Assembly: GCA_963695555.1 (NCBI GenBank)
Contig: CAVOGR010000001.1
Coordinates: forward strand, 800,001 to 864,000
Origin: an uncultured Gemmatimonadales bacterium
GTDB lineage: Bacteria; Gemmatimonadota; Gemmatimonadetes; Gemmatimonadales; GWC2-71-9
Reading direction: 5' to 3'
DNA length: 64,000 nucleotides
Shown here in pieces: positions 1 through 9,954 of the stretch. The translations under genes were made by a program, and so were the position numbers. Positions within the stretch are counted from its first letter, which is position 1. Every line of letters begins with the position of its first letter. The notes under the pieces were generated by a model that worked only from the letters and a program-made list of their open reading frames with translations, did no database searches and was not told the DNA's origin.

Positions 1-54
1 CCAGGCGGGAATGCCGAGCTATCAGGGGTCGACCACGCACACTAGCTTCTCGGC

Positions 55-95
55 TAGCCAATAGCCAATAGCCAATAGCCAATAGCCAATAGCCA
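55..95. repeat. Heptamer tandem repeat (TAGCCAA)x~6
   Basis: Five perfect TAGCCAA units at 55-89 plus TAGCCA at 90-95, just upstream of the RBS of the next gene. Confidence 0.95.
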
Positions 96-112
96 CCATT
101 ACCGGAGACCCG

Positions 113-1684
113 ATGCGTCCGTCTCGCCTAATTCTCTTCGTTGTTCTCGCCCTGCTCGGTCCGACGTCCGTCCTGGCCCAATCGGCGCCCGACGCGCTCC
201 CCCCAGGGCTCGACGACTATCTGGCGCAAGTCATGGAGGCCTTCGAGGTTCCCGGCGTGAGCCTGGCCATCGTCAAAGACGGGAAGCCGATCTTGACCAA
301 AGGCTACGGGGTCAGACGCTTGGGCGACAAGACCCCGGTCGACGCGCGGACGCTGTTTGGGATCGCCTCTAACACCAAGGCCTTTACGGCCACGGCCATT
401 GGCCTCTTGGTGGAGGAGGGTAAGCTGGAGTGGGACGCACCGGTCCGGCGCTATCTGCCGTGGTTCCAACTCTCCGACCCGTACGTGACGCGCGAGCTGA
501 CGGTGCGCGACCTCCTGGTTCACCGGAGCGGCCTCGGGCTCGGCGCCGGCGACCTGTTGTGGTGGCCGCCCTCAACATATAGCCGCAAGGAAATCGCGCG
601 TCGGCTGCAATACATCCCACTCACGACCAGCTTCCGCAGCGCGTACGCCTACGACAATGTGCTGTATTTGATTGCGGGCGAGCTCATCGAGGAGGTGAGC
701 GGGCTCACCTGGGAGGAGTTCGTCGCCTCGCGGATTCTGCAGCCGCTCGGCATGACCGGCAGCAACGTGCGACATGCCGAGGCGTCGGGCGGGGGCAACA
801 TCGGAACACCGCACGCCCGGGTCGAGGGGGTGGTCCGGCCGGTCAAACCCTTCGCGAGCGACAACACCAATCCGGCCGGCGGCATCAACGCAAGCGCGGT
901 CGACATGGCGAAGTGGCTGATCGTACAGCTGGATTCGGGACGCGTGGCCAAAGACAAACGGCTGTTCTCTCGGTTCACCACGCACCAGCTTTGGGCCATG
1001 GTCACGCCAATCCCCATTCGGAATCAGCCGCCGGAATTGGCGGCGCTCAGATCGAACTTCGAGGGCTACGCCCTGGGATTCCGGGTACACGACTATCGCG
1101 GCCGGAAGATCGTGACCCACACCGGAGGCCTGCCCGGCTATGTGTCGAAGGTCACGATGGTACCGGACCTGAAACTCGGCATCTCCGTCCTCACCAACCA
1201 GGAATCGGGCTCGGCGTTCCAAGCGATCACCTACCGCATTCTGGATCACTACCTCGGGGCACCGCCCACCGATTGGCTCGCAGGGTATCGGGCCGTGTCG
1301 GCCCGAAGCGACTTTATGGTCAAGGCGGCCGAGCAGCGTGCGGCATCGGCGCGGGACTCTACGTCACGCCCGTCGCTCCCGCTGGCCGGGTACACCGGGA
1401 CCTTCACCGATCCATGGTATGGGGATGTGAAAATCAGCCAGCAGGACGGAAAGCTGGTGATTCGCTTCGGCCACACGCCGTCGTTGGTCGGCGATCTGGT
1501 GCACTACCAATACGACACCTTCGTGGCCCGGTGGTGGGATCGCGAACTGCGGGCGGACGCCTACGTGACCTTCGCACTCAAACCCGACGGATCGATCGAC
1601 CGGGTCAAGATGCTGCCCGCGTCACCCGCCGTGGACTTTAGCTTCGATTTCCAGGATCTGTTGTTGTCGCCGGCTGATCGGTAG
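113..1684 (+). CDS. Serine hydrolase, beta-lactamase class C-like, with C-terminal DUF3471-type domain; signal peptide
   Basis: SxxK (ASNTKAF), YxN (YAYDN), HTGG motifs; LLxHxSGL; C-terminal 'YTGTFTDPWYG'; GGAG RBS. Confidence 0.9.
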   Translation: MRPSRLILFVVLALLGPTSVLAQSAPDALPPGLDDYLAQVMEAFEVPGVSLAIVKDGKPILTKGYGVRRLGDKTPVDARTLFGIASNTKAFTATAIGLLVEEGKLEWDAPVRRYLPWFQLSDPYVTRELTVRDLLVHRSGLGLGAGDLLWWPPSTYSRKEIARRLQYIPLTTSFRSAYAYDNVLYLIAGELIEEVSGLTWEEFVASRILQPLGMTGSNVRHAEASGGGNIGTPHARVEGVVRPVKPFASDNTNPAGGINASAVDMAKWLIVQLDSGRVAKDKRLFSRFTTHQLWAMVTPIPIRNQPPELAALRSNFEGYALGFRVHDYRGRKIVTHTGGLPGYVSKVTMVPDLKLGISVLTNQESGSAFQAITYRILDHYLGAPPTDWLAGYRAVSARSDFMVKAAEQRAASARDSTSRPSLPLAGYTGTFTDPWYGDVKISQQDGKLVIRFGHTPSLVGDLVHYQYDTFVARWWDRELRADAYVTFALKPDGSIDRVKMLPASPAVDFSFDFQDLLLSPADR

Positions 1685-1935
1685 CGGGGAGGCAGGCGTC
1701 ATGAGCCGGGGAGAGGGGGACAGCTACTGGGCAGGAGGTAAGGGGAGTAGGATCGTAGGCGACACCGTGGAGAAGGTGTATTGTCGTGCTCGCTTCGCCA
1801 GATCCTTCGACGCGTACCGTCACTTTAGTGACAGCCGCCGAGTCTCGGCTTTAGCCGAGGACCAGGCAGGAATGTCGACTACAGGTGCCGCTACCATCCC
1901 TCAGTTAGCCAATAGCTGTCTTGGACACCACGGCA

Positions 1936-2262
1936 ATGAAATACCATCACATCGGAATCCCGACGACGGTCCCGCGCGACGGCGAGACATATCTCGACGC
2001 ATACAAGGTGCGTGTCTCGGGGTTCGACACCAGCGAATACGGGATCGAATGGATGCGGTTCGATTCTGATTGCCCGTTGCCGGAGTTGGTGAAGACCGTG
2101 CCGCACGTCGCATTTCGTGTTCATGACCTGGATGGGGCGTTGGTCGGCAAGGAGATCTTGATAGCCCCGAACAGCCCCTCGCCGGGGGTCCGGGTGGCAT
2201 TCATTGTCGAGAACGGGGCTCCGGTCGAATTCCTGGAGCTTTCGGAGGACGAAACCGGCTGA
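1936..2262 (+). CDS. VOC/glyoxalase-like protein
   Basis: MKYHHIGIP...PHVAFRVHDLD...VAFI..NGAPVEFLE pattern; ATG at 1936 in the 1921 ORF. Confidence 0.7.
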   Translation: MKYHHIGIPTTVPRDGETYLDAYKVRVSGFDTSEYGIEWMRFDSDCPLPELVKTVPHVAFRVHDLDGALVGKEILIAPNSPSPGVRVAFIVENGAPVEFLELSEDETG

Positions 2263-2270
2263 CGCGTTCA

Positions 2271-2888
2271 GTGATTGACCCAATCGAGCACTTCAACGGC
2301 ATCGACATCTACTTGTTCGACCAACTGCAGCGGGGACGAATCGTGCCTGGTATGACCGTCCTCGATGCGGGCTCAGGCTCGGGCCGAAACCTCATCTACT
2401 TCATGCGGGCCGGCTACCGGGTATTGGCTGCCGACACGAGCGCCGACGCGATTGGCGCACTTCAGGCGTCGGCAGCCCAGTTCGCACCTAGGATACCGCC
2501 GGAGAATTTCCGCGTTGAACCCATCGAAGCCATGACCTTTCCGGACCAGATCGCCGACGTGGTGATCAGCAACGCGGTGCTTCACTTTGCTCGTGATGAT
2601 GAACATTTCTGGGCCATGCTCAGAGGGAGTTGGCGCGTGCTCCGACCGGGCGGGCTCTTCTTTTGCCGGCTCGCATCCAATATCGGGTCTGAGCACCTGC
2701 TGGATCCGATCGGAGGGCGACGCTACAGGTTGCCCGATGGGAGCGAGCGCTATCTGATGGACGAGGCCCTGCTGCTCGACGCGACCGAACGGCTGGGTGG
2801 AGAGCTCGCGGACCCGCTCAAGACCACCCTGGTGCATCACCAGCGATCCATGACGACCTGGGTAGTGCGGAAACAGACAGCCGGTTGA
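2271..2888 (+). CDS. Class I SAM-dependent methyltransferase
   Basis: VLDAGSGSGRN motif I, DVVISNAVLHF, VLRPGG. Confidence 0.9.
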   Translation: MIDPIEHFNGIDIYLFDQLQRGRIVPGMTVLDAGSGSGRNLIYFMRAGYRVLAADTSADAIGALQASAAQFAPRIPPENFRVEPIEAMTFPDQIADVVISNAVLHFARDDEHFWAMLRGSWRVLRPGGLFFCRLASNIGSEHLLDPIGGRRYRLPDGSERYLMDEALLLDATERLGGELADPLKTTLVHHQRSMTTWVVRKQTAG

Positions 2889-2900
2889 CCTGAGGCAGCC

Positions 2901-3356
2901 ATGCATACGACCGTACGCCGATACATCAAGACGGCCGTCGCTTTTCTCGCCGCCGGGCTGATCTCGGGGCTCTCCATGGTGGTGCGGCGAGAAGTGACCG
3001 GACGCTGGCCCTCGCCCTATCTGGTTGCGGCGCACACCCACGTTCTGTTGGTCGGATTCATGATGTTCATGATTCTGGGTGTGGCGCTCTGGATCTTTCC
3101 GCGGCCGGAGAGGGACGACACCCGCTACCGGCCGGGCCTGATCGATGCGGCCTACTGGTTGCTCTTATGCGGGACGGCGGGGCGGTTTCTCGGTGAGGTG
3201 GCCAAGGTATCCGTTGAAGCGGTCTGGCTCAGATGGGTGGTCGTGATGGCGAGCCTGGCCCAGGTCGCAGGCATTCTCCTTTTCATGTGGACCATCTGGT
3301 CGCGTATCCGTGCGGTCGGCAGCAAGGCGCGCGAGGCCCGCGGGGAGCGCTTCTAG
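2901..3356 (+). CDS. 4-TM membrane protein, fragment-like relative of heme-copper oxidase subunit I
   Basis: Four hydrophobic segments; AHTHVLLVGF...ILGVALWIFPRP motif. Confidence 0.6.
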   Translation: MHTTVRRYIKTAVAFLAAGLISGLSMVVRREVTGRWPSPYLVAAHTHVLLVGFMMFMILGVALWIFPRPERDDTRYRPGLIDAAYWLLLCGTAGRFLGEVAKVSVEAVWLRWVVVMASLAQVAGILLFMWTIWSRIRAVGSKAREARGERF

Positions 3357-3536
3357 GGAAGCCCGATGCGAGCCTCAGCGCCGCGGGTGTCGGCGAATCC
3401 GTCCGCCTCATTCTCGAACATTACCGACCATCCCTGTCCTGATTCTCGCTCTAAAGAAAGTTTCGCGAGGACTTCACGCTGGCTTCAACGATGGGGTGTG
3501 GGAGTACTAGCGTATTCTCACGTGCAGGAGGACCCC

Positions 3537-4658
3537 ATGCGAAGAATCTCTGCGCTCCTGACCGCGTTCAGCCTCGTTGTCGTGGCGGCATGTTCCGACA
3601 ACTCGGTCTTCGAGCCCTCACAGCAGAACCAAGGTGTCGATACCAGGGCCAGCGCGGCCTCGGATGGCGCGCTCCGCGTGACCGTGATGACGCGCAATCT
3701 GTACGTTGGCGCCGACGTCGATGCCGTGATTGCCGCACTCGCCAGCACCGATCCAGCCGACGACCTGCCGGCGCTGCTCACGGCGATCGAGATCATCCAG
3801 CGGACCGACTTTCCGACCCGGGCCCGCGCCATCGCCGAAGAAATCGATCGGGTACGCCCTCATGTCGTCGGACTTCAAGAGGTGTCGGAGATCGACATCG
3901 ATCTGACAGGCCTTGGTCTTCCCATCGTAATCCACCAGGACTTTCTCGCCAGCCTCGACGCCGCGCTGAGCGATCGAGGTCTCAACTATGTGCCGGCGGC
4001 CACGATCAAGAACATCGAGGCCGTGCCGCTTCCCGGCATCAGTCTGGTGGATTTCGATGTGATGTTGGTGGACCCAGCTCGCGTCGCGGTCACATCGGTG
4101 GTCGAACAGAGTTTCGCGGCCAACCTCGGGATCGTCGCTCCGGGACTGGATATCAAACGAGGGTGGGTAACCGTCACGGGCCTGGTTGATGGTGCCGCGT
4201 ACACTTTTGCCAGTACCCACCTCGAGTCCGGCTCCTTGCCCGGGTTCCCCGAATTGCGGGCCCTACAGGTCGGTGAGCTGGTTGCCTCCTTCGGCCCGAG
4301 TTCGCCCGCCGTGCTGATGGGTGACCTGAACGATATGCCGGGCTCGCCGATGTACGAGGTGCTGACCGGGGCGGGTCTCACCGATGTCTGGCGTGCCCTC
4401 AGGCCCGGTGTCGTGGGCTACACGTGCTGTCACGCTGATGACCTGTCCAACCACATCCCGGCGTTCGACCAGCGGCTGGACTACGTCTTCGTTCGCGGAG
4501 TCGGGCATGCCAACAAGGCGGTCATGGGACAGATCACGTTAGTTGGCGTGGTCCCGGCGGCACGACTGCCGGGGCCACTGGGTACGATTTGGCCATCGGA
4601 TCATGCCGGTATCGGGGTGGACTTCTTGATGCCGCCGGCCCGAGGTCGTTCTCCCTAG
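3537..4658 (+). CDS. Endonuclease/exonuclease/phosphatase-family lipoprotein
   Basis: Lipobox VVAAC; VMTRN, VGLQEV, STHLES, MGDLN, RLDYVF, PSDHAG motifs; AGGAGG RBS before ATG 3537. Confidence 0.88.
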   Translation: MRRISALLTAFSLVVVAACSDNSVFEPSQQNQGVDTRASAASDGALRVTVMTRNLYVGADVDAVIAALASTDPADDLPALLTAIEIIQRTDFPTRARAIAEEIDRVRPHVVGLQEVSEIDIDLTGLGLPIVIHQDFLASLDAALSDRGLNYVPAATIKNIEAVPLPGISLVDFDVMLVDPARVAVTSVVEQSFAANLGIVAPGLDIKRGWVTVTGLVDGAAYTFASTHLESGSLPGFPELRALQVGELVASFGPSSPAVLMGDLNDMPGSPMYEVLTGAGLTDVWRALRPGVVGYTCCHADDLSNHIPAFDQRLDYVFVRGVGHANKAVMGQITLVGVVPAARLPGPLGTIWPSDHAGIGVDFLMPPARGRSP

Positions 4659-4779
4659 ACCACTGGTGGAAGGCGGCCGAGTTTCTGGTGAGGCGGACCG
4701 CTTGCCCTTGTGGGCTTCAGACGTGATCATAGGGGGTCGTCATTTGTACGACGCCCCGATACTACTGCATGGAGGACCA

Positions 4780-5304
4780 ATGAAGCACGCATTGACAGCA
4801 GCGATTGCACTCGGCATGCTTGCCGGCCCCGCGATTGCCCAAGAGATGCCCGCGCCCGGCGCCGAGCAGGCGAGGATCGGCTACTACGAGGGGACGTGGG
4901 ACTACCAAGGCGAGGCCATGCCGTCGCCGATGGGGCCGGGTGGCAAGATTGCGATGACCGAGACCTGCCGCTGGTTCGAGGGTGGGTTCCATATGATCTG
5001 CGACTCGAAGGGCACCTCGCCGACGGGACCGGTGTCCGGCCATTCCGTCATAGGCTACGATCGGGCCGAGCAGATGTACGTCATGTATGGGCTGAACAGC
5101 CGGGGCGAAGGGTATTACGTCAAGGGCGGCATAGCCGGCGCCGTCTGGACCTGGACAGCCGAGATCATGATGGAGGGCACGCCCGTCAGGTTCCGGGCGA
5201 TCGCGACGGAGAAATCACCGACCTCCTATGATTTCCGGCTGGAGGCTTCGATGGGCGACGCGGACTGGGCGGTGCTCGAAGAGGGGAAGGCCACGAAGCA
5301 GTAG
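4780..5304 (+). CDS. Secreted DUF1579-like protein
   Basis: Signal peptide; 'YYEGTWDYQG', 'ETCRWFEGGF', 'IGYD' pattern; GGAGG RBS. Confidence 0.65.
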   Translation: MKHALTAAIALGMLAGPAIAQEMPAPGAEQARIGYYEGTWDYQGEAMPSPMGPGGKIAMTETCRWFEGGFHMICDSKGTSPTGPVSGHSVIGYDRAEQMYVMYGLNSRGEGYYVKGGIAGAVWTWTAEIMMEGTPVRFRAIATEKSPTSYDFRLEASMGDADWAVLEEGKATKQ

Positions 5305-5373
5305 CGCGCACGGCTTCCCCGCTGGTTGAGACTGGCTCTGTTTCTTCCGGGGATGTCGGTGTAATCTCCCCTC

Positions 5374-5868
5374 ATGAAGCGGAAACACCGCCGGACCCTC
5401 CAGGCCGTCATCGCGACCATTGGCGCGGTGATCGGCCTGGTGCTCTGGCTGGGCGGCCTGGGGTACCTCCGAGGCGTACGCGAGTTGCGGCTGCCTCGGA
5501 CCAGCCTCCTCGCCGCCACCATGTCTGAGCCGGACTACCTCGACTCCTATCATGTCGCGGTGCGGACCACGTCATTCAAGAACGCGGACGATCTTCGTGC
5601 GGCGGCCTTCCAGAAGGGTGAGGAGATTGCCCGGAGCCGGTGGGAGGTCGTGTACTCCGGTTCGTCGCCGGGCCTGGATTATCACGTCTCCTACATCCTC
5701 GAAGGCGGGCTTCCGGCGACCGGCCTCCGGGTGTCGACCGCGGTGAAGTACCGCAGTGGCATCGGGCGGCTCTACTTTGCGATCATTCGTCCATTTCACC
5801 GCCGGTTCACGCCTTTCATGCTGAGCCGAATGGCGAGGTGGCACCCAAAGGCGGACCCCATCGAGTAG
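5374..5868 (+). CDS. DUF2867-like membrane-anchored protein
   Basis: N-terminal TM; 'DYLDSY', 'STAVKY..GRLYFAIIRPFHR' C-terminal signature. Confidence 0.6.
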   Translation: MKRKHRRTLQAVIATIGAVIGLVLWLGGLGYLRGVRELRLPRTSLLAATMSEPDYLDSYHVAVRTTSFKNADDLRAAAFQKGEEIARSRWEVVYSGSSPGLDYHVSYILEGGLPATGLRVSTAVKYRSGIGRLYFAIIRPFHRRFTPFMLSRMARWHPKADPIE

Positions 5869-6024
5869 GTCGCACGAGCGGTTGGCGAGAAAGCCCGCGC
5901 GCCCGACCCGACACCCTGGTGGATGGGATCTGCTGAGGGGTTGCACGCCTCTCACTAGCATTTCATTCTTCCTTCAGGCGGCCCCGGCTATTGGTCCCAA
6001 TCGTCAAGGAAAGCGCAGGAGCCC

Positions 6025-6438
6025 ATGTCCAGCTCTATTCGTCGTGCCGACTACTTCTATGCCACCGTGACTGACCGTCCCGGCGAGGCCTACAAATTCC
6101 TCTCCACCTTGGCGGATCTGGGCATCAGTCTCTTGGCCTTTACGGCGGTGCCGACGGGACCGAATCAAACCCAGCTCGCCCTCTTTCCGGCCGATACCCT
6201 GAAGATGCAAGATGCCGCGAAGAAAGCCGGGCTCGAGCTCGACGGGCCGCATCGTGCCTTGTTGGTACAGGGTGATGACGAACTCGGTGCCCTGGCAGGC
6301 GTTCACGCCCGATTGTATGAGGCCAACGTCAACGTCTATGCGTCGAGCGGCGTGGCGGACGGCCATGGTAGCTACGGCTACGTCGTCTATGTCCGACCCG
6401 ACGAATACGAGCGCGCCGCATCCGCGCTCGGCGTCTAA
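6025..6438 (+). CDS. Tandem ACT-domain protein
   Basis: 'DRPGE..L..LADLGISL' and 'DELGALAGVHARLYEANVNV' ACT repeats; AGGAG RBS. Confidence 0.8.
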   Translation: MSSSIRRADYFYATVTDRPGEAYKFLSTLADLGISLLAFTAVPTGPNQTQLALFPADTLKMQDAAKKAGLELDGPHRALLVQGDDELGALAGVHARLYEANVNVYASSGVADGHGSYGYVVYVRPDEYERAASALGV

Positions 6439-6483
6439 TCGGCTGTCTTTGTCCCACTACGGGTCGAGGACCGAGGAGGAGTC

Positions 6484-6873
6484 TTGGCATTCGTGCCCGT
6501 TCCGCAGACCGATCGCGAGGTGTCAATCCGGGCCAGAGACCTGAGCCAGCGCTTGACGCAAACGATTCGCGAGTTCCAGCAGAATCATCCCGGAACAACG
6601 TCGGAGGATGTGCGTCAGGCGGTGCGGATGGCGGCGGAAGGATCCGGGGTGAGCCGTGGTGGCACCGGCCAACAACGCGCGGCGATCGCGGTGGTGCTGG
6701 GGATCTTCTTTGCCGGCCTTGGGGCGTTTGCCTTCCTGCAACGGGCCGGAGGAGGGGGGGCGGGAGAGGGAGGGGGAGGGGGAGCTTCGGTTTCGTGGAT
6801 GCTCGTCGGCATCGGCATCCTGACGGTGGTTCTCGCCCTCGTCGCCGTCCTCCGGCAGAACCGGGATCGGTAG
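6484..6873 (+). CDS. Hypothetical membrane protein (2 TM)
   Basis: GAGGAGG RBS, TTG start, two hydrophobic helices joined by a Gly-rich linker. Confidence 0.65.
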   Translation: MAFVPVPQTDREVSIRARDLSQRLTQTIREFQQNHPGTTSEDVRQAVRMAAEGSGVSRGGTGQQRAAIAVVLGIFFAGLGAFAFLQRAGGGGAGEGGGGGASVSWMLVGIGILTVVLALVAVLRQNRDR

Positions 6874-6876
6874 CCG

Positions 6877-7149
6877 ATGGAAGGGGTGCTCGCTCTCCTG
6901 ATTCCGCTGATTCCGGTCACGGTGTTCGGCGTCTGGATCTTGGGGAAGACCGACATCGGCCGCGCCATCGCGAGGCGAATCGAGGGAAGGGCAGGGATCG
7001 GCCGGGATCAGTTGACGGCCGTGCAGGAGGAACTCGACGCGCTTCACGACGAGATACTGCGACTCCAGCACGATCAGGCCGAAACCCACGAGCGGCTGGA
7101 TTTCACCGAGCGACTGCTGGCTCGGAAGACCGACGCGACGAACACCTAG
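6877..7149 (+). CDS. Hypothetical protein, TM plus coiled coil
   Basis: N-terminal TM, 'ETHERLDFTERLL' coiled-coil tail; 3 nt after previous stop. Confidence 0.7.
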   Translation: MEGVLALLIPLIPVTVFGVWILGKTDIGRAIARRIEGRAGIGRDQLTAVQEELDALHDEILRLQHDQAETHERLDFTERLLARKTDATNT

Positions 7150-7333
7150 CGCCGCCAAGCTGGCCACTGGATCCTCCCAATCCGCACCGTAGGGCTCACC
7201 TTGCACAGACCGATTGCCATTCGGCGCAATCCCGTCGATCATGCACCGTGTTCTGGAGCAGATCTACTTCCTCACTTGACGGGCGATCGTCACGGCGAAG
7301 AGGTAGTGAGGTATTTTTTTTGGAACGGGCGTC

Positions 7334-7840
7334 ATGAATCCGGACAGACAACTGCTCAAGCACTTCCTCGCAGCCTTGGCCTACCGGACCCAAAAGGCCC
7401 TGAAGGGCGCCCCGGCAGATTTCCCGGATTTCCGGGCCGCCCCGGGTCTCCGGACCCCGCACGAGCTCCTGCGTCACATGACCAGCGTCCTGGGCTACGC
7501 CCGCACGCACCTGATCGGTGGAACCTACCGGCCAAACCGCTTGCCCCGGTTCGAAGACGAGGTGGCTCGCTTCCACGAGATGTTACAGGCACTCGGGGTT
7601 GAGTTGGAACGAGGGACACCGTTCCGGGACACCACATCGGAACGGATGCTCCAGGGTCCCTTGTCCGATGCCATGACCCACGCCGGGCAGCTCGCGATGC
7701 TGCGCCGCCTGGCAGGATCGCCCATCCCGCCCGAGAACTTCATCGAGGCCGATATCGACTCCCAGAACCTGGGTCCGGACCAGCCGAAGCCGGTGAGCCC
7801 CGACGAGCACTGGAACCCGGCGGAAGAGGAACCGGGGTAG
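7334..7840 (+). CDS. DinB/YfiT-like four-helix protein
   Basis: 'RTPHELLRHM' and 'THAGQLAMLRRLAG' His motifs. Confidence 0.75.
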   Translation: MNPDRQLLKHFLAALAYRTQKALKGAPADFPDFRAAPGLRTPHELLRHMTSVLGYARTHLIGGTYRPNRLPRFEDEVARFHEMLQALGVELERGTPFRDTTSERMLQGPLSDAMTHAGQLAMLRRLAGSPIPPENFIEADIDSQNLGPDQPKPVSPDEHWNPAEEEPG

Positions 7841-7845
7841 TCCTC

Positions 7846-8457
7846 ATGCCCCCTCGGACCAAGCGATACGATCGCCGCTACTTCGACAAGTGGTACCGTG
7901 ACCCACGCCACCGGATCAGCTCCCCGGCAGGGCTGAGACGCAAGGTGCAGCTCATCGTGAGTCTCACCGAGTTCGTCCTCGAGCGCCCGATCCGGACGGT
8001 GCTCGACGTGGGGTGTGGCGAGGCACGGTGGCAACGCGTCCTGGCCACATTCCGCCCCAAGGCCGCCTACACCGGCATCGACCGAAGTCCGTACGTCGTG
8101 GAGCGCTATGGGCGCCATCGCAATATCCGGTTGGGGAGCTTCGACCAACTCGAGGCCTGCGGGCTCGACCGTCCGTTCGACCTGGTAGTGTGCTCCGATG
8201 TGCTGCATTACCTGCCCCGACGACAGCTGGTCCGCGGGCTCGACACCGTGGTGAAGTTGGTCGGCGGTGTCGCGTGCCTCGAGGCCTATACCAGAGCGGA
8301 CGAGATCGAGGGCGATCGCCAGGGGTTCCACCGCCGCACCGCTTCCGCTTACCGCCGGGTCTTTTGGGACGCCGGGCTCGTCCCGTGCGGCATGCAGTGT
8401 TACGTGCACAGGGATCGAGGCCGGGAAATGGTTGCGCTCGAGGTCTTTCCGGGATGA
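7846..8457 (+). CDS. Class I SAM-dependent methyltransferase
   Basis: VLDVGCGEA, FDLVVCSDVLHYL. Confidence 0.88.
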   Translation: MPPRTKRYDRRYFDKWYRDPRHRISSPAGLRRKVQLIVSLTEFVLERPIRTVLDVGCGEARWQRVLATFRPKAAYTGIDRSPYVVERYGRHRNIRLGSFDQLEACGLDRPFDLVVCSDVLHYLPRRQLVRGLDTVVKLVGGVACLEAYTRADEIEGDRQGFHRRTASAYRRVFWDAGLVPCGMQCYVHRDRGREMVALEVFPG

Positions 8458-8578
8458 AAGGGGTCTAGCGGATTTGAGATGGCACCATCGGCGGGTGGAT
8501 TCCTCGCCCTAGCCATGTTTGGGTACCGGATGCATCTTGCGGCCGCCGATCCTCAGCCTCGACCAGAGTGGAGGTCCC

Positions 8579-8962
8579 ATGAGTGGACGAGTTCGCCGAT
8601 TGCTCGACAGGCTCAAGGGCACGCCTCCGGCGCTCACCACCGAGGAACTCGTCCGGTTGGTGCTTGACCGCGCCGCCCGGCCCAGCGATCGCGACGACGC
8701 GGCCATCGAACTCGGCCGTCATGACGACCCCGCCGTCGAGGCCGCCTTGCTTCGCATCGTGCGCGATCCGCTGTCCGGTGCGGTGCTCCAGGAAGACTGC
8801 GGGCTCTCACTCGCCGAGATCTGGAGTCGGCGGGACCGGCTCGACGTGCCGCTGGCCGCGACCCTCCCTCCGCCGGTCCTGCGCATCGCGCTCTCGGTCC
8901 TCAAGGACCGCCGTCCCGAGTGGAAGGGCTCCCTGGTCGCGCTCGATTCCTCGGCGAACTGA
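8579..8962 (+). CDS. Hypothetical HEAT-repeat-like protein
   Basis: GGAGG RBS before ATG 8579; 'RDDAAIELG...VEAALL' helical repeat. Confidence 0.55.
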   Translation: MSGRVRRLLDRLKGTPPALTTEELVRLVLDRAARPSDRDDAAIELGRHDDPAVEAALLRIVRDPLSGAVLQEDCGLSLAEIWSRRDRLDVPLAATLPPPVLRIALSVLKDRRPEWKGSLVALDSSAN

Positions 8963-9075
8963 CCGAAACGCGGCCGCCCCGCGATATCTTTCCACCATCA
9001 TTGATCGTGTCGCCTCGGAGGCACCGGTGCCGAAGAGCGATTGGTCGTATCTACCCCTCGTTGCGGGAGTGTTCT

Positions 9076-9432
9076 ATGTGCTCGCCCAATAGGCAGTGTC
9101 GGTGGGGCAGTGGGAAGTTGGTCCTCATCGCGGCGCTCGCCGTCATGGCATCACCCGGGTTCGTGAGGGCGCAGGAAGCCGATCGGAAGACTGCGCAGGA
9201 GCAGGCACAATTCCAGGCGCAAATGGAGCAGATGGCCCCGATGCTGCGGCAGATGTCGCTGGGGGCGATTGATCTGACCCTGGAGGTGCTCAGCCAGAAG
9301 GAAACGGCCGACCGCCTGGCCGAGTTCACGCGGAATTACTACGAGGCCCTGCTCGCCAGGCGCTTCACCAAGGTGGAGGCCCTCGATATCGTGAAGGCCG
9401 TCGGCATACCGGCCCTCCCGGCGCTTCGGTAG
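9076..9432 (+). CDS. Hypothetical secreted helical protein
   Basis: Signal-peptide-like 'LVLIAALAVMA..VRA-Q'; start uncertain. Confidence 0.55.
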   Translation: MCSPNRQCRWGSGKLVLIAALAVMASPGFVRAQEADRKTAQEQAQFQAQMEQMAPMLRQMSLGAIDLTLEVLSQKETADRLAEFTRNYYEALLARRFTKVEALDIVKAVGIPALPALR

Positions 9433-9458
9433 GGCGCCGGGCCCTGGAGCGCGGCCCG

Positions 9459-9494
9459 GGGGCGGGAATGCCTGGTGTGGCCAGATTCCCGCCC
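9459..9494. other. Intergenic hairpin (terminator or REP-like)
   Basis: GGGCGGGAAT / ATTCCCGCCC arms with inner CTGG/CCAG pairing; no clear U tract. Confidence 0.5.
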
Positions 9495-9525
9495 TAGCGC
9501 CGGAAGGGGTTTCGGCGCATTGTAA

Positions 9526-9954
9526 TTGGCTCCGACATTCGACTCATCTCCAGGAGGCCGTATCTCGAGTCTGCCATGGTGGGCCTCGATGTACCTTGGC
9601 GCCCTCGGCACGGTTGCCGTGCTCTCTTCGATCCTCGATCTGGGCCGGCGGCGGCCATGGTGGCATCTGCTGGCGAGCCTCATGGCCATTGCCGCAGTGG
9701 CGCTGATGGTGGTGACGTTCTGGTCGGAGCCGACCTTCGCGTTCTTTGGTCGCTGGATCGTGGTGGTATTTCTTGGCGCCGGCGCCTGGCTCATGCTGTC
9801 ATTCGCACAACGCATCGGCGAGCTCCTCCCGAAAATGCGCTCCAGTGACAGCCCTGCCGCGTCGGCCGAGTATGTCTGGTTCCTGGTCGAGGCGCTCTTC
9901 CTCGTCCCGGGGGTCGTCATCGGCATCATCCAGGTGGTTCGCGCATGGCTCTAG
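9526..9954 (+). CDS. Hypothetical membrane protein (about 4 TM)
   Basis: Four hydrophobic segments; start uncertain. Confidence 0.55.
   Translation: MAPTFDSSPGGRISSLPWWASMYLGALGTVAVLSSILDLGRRRPWWHLLASLMAIAAVALMVVTFWSEPTFAFFGRWIVVVFLGAGAWLMLSFAQRIGELLPKMRSSDSPAASAEYVWFLVEALFLVPGVVIGIIQVVRAWL

Noticed and set aside
55..95. CRISPR array
   Set aside because: Contiguous 7-mers with no spacers; the 23.5-kb and 35.9-kb repeats also lack spacers, and no cas genes are present
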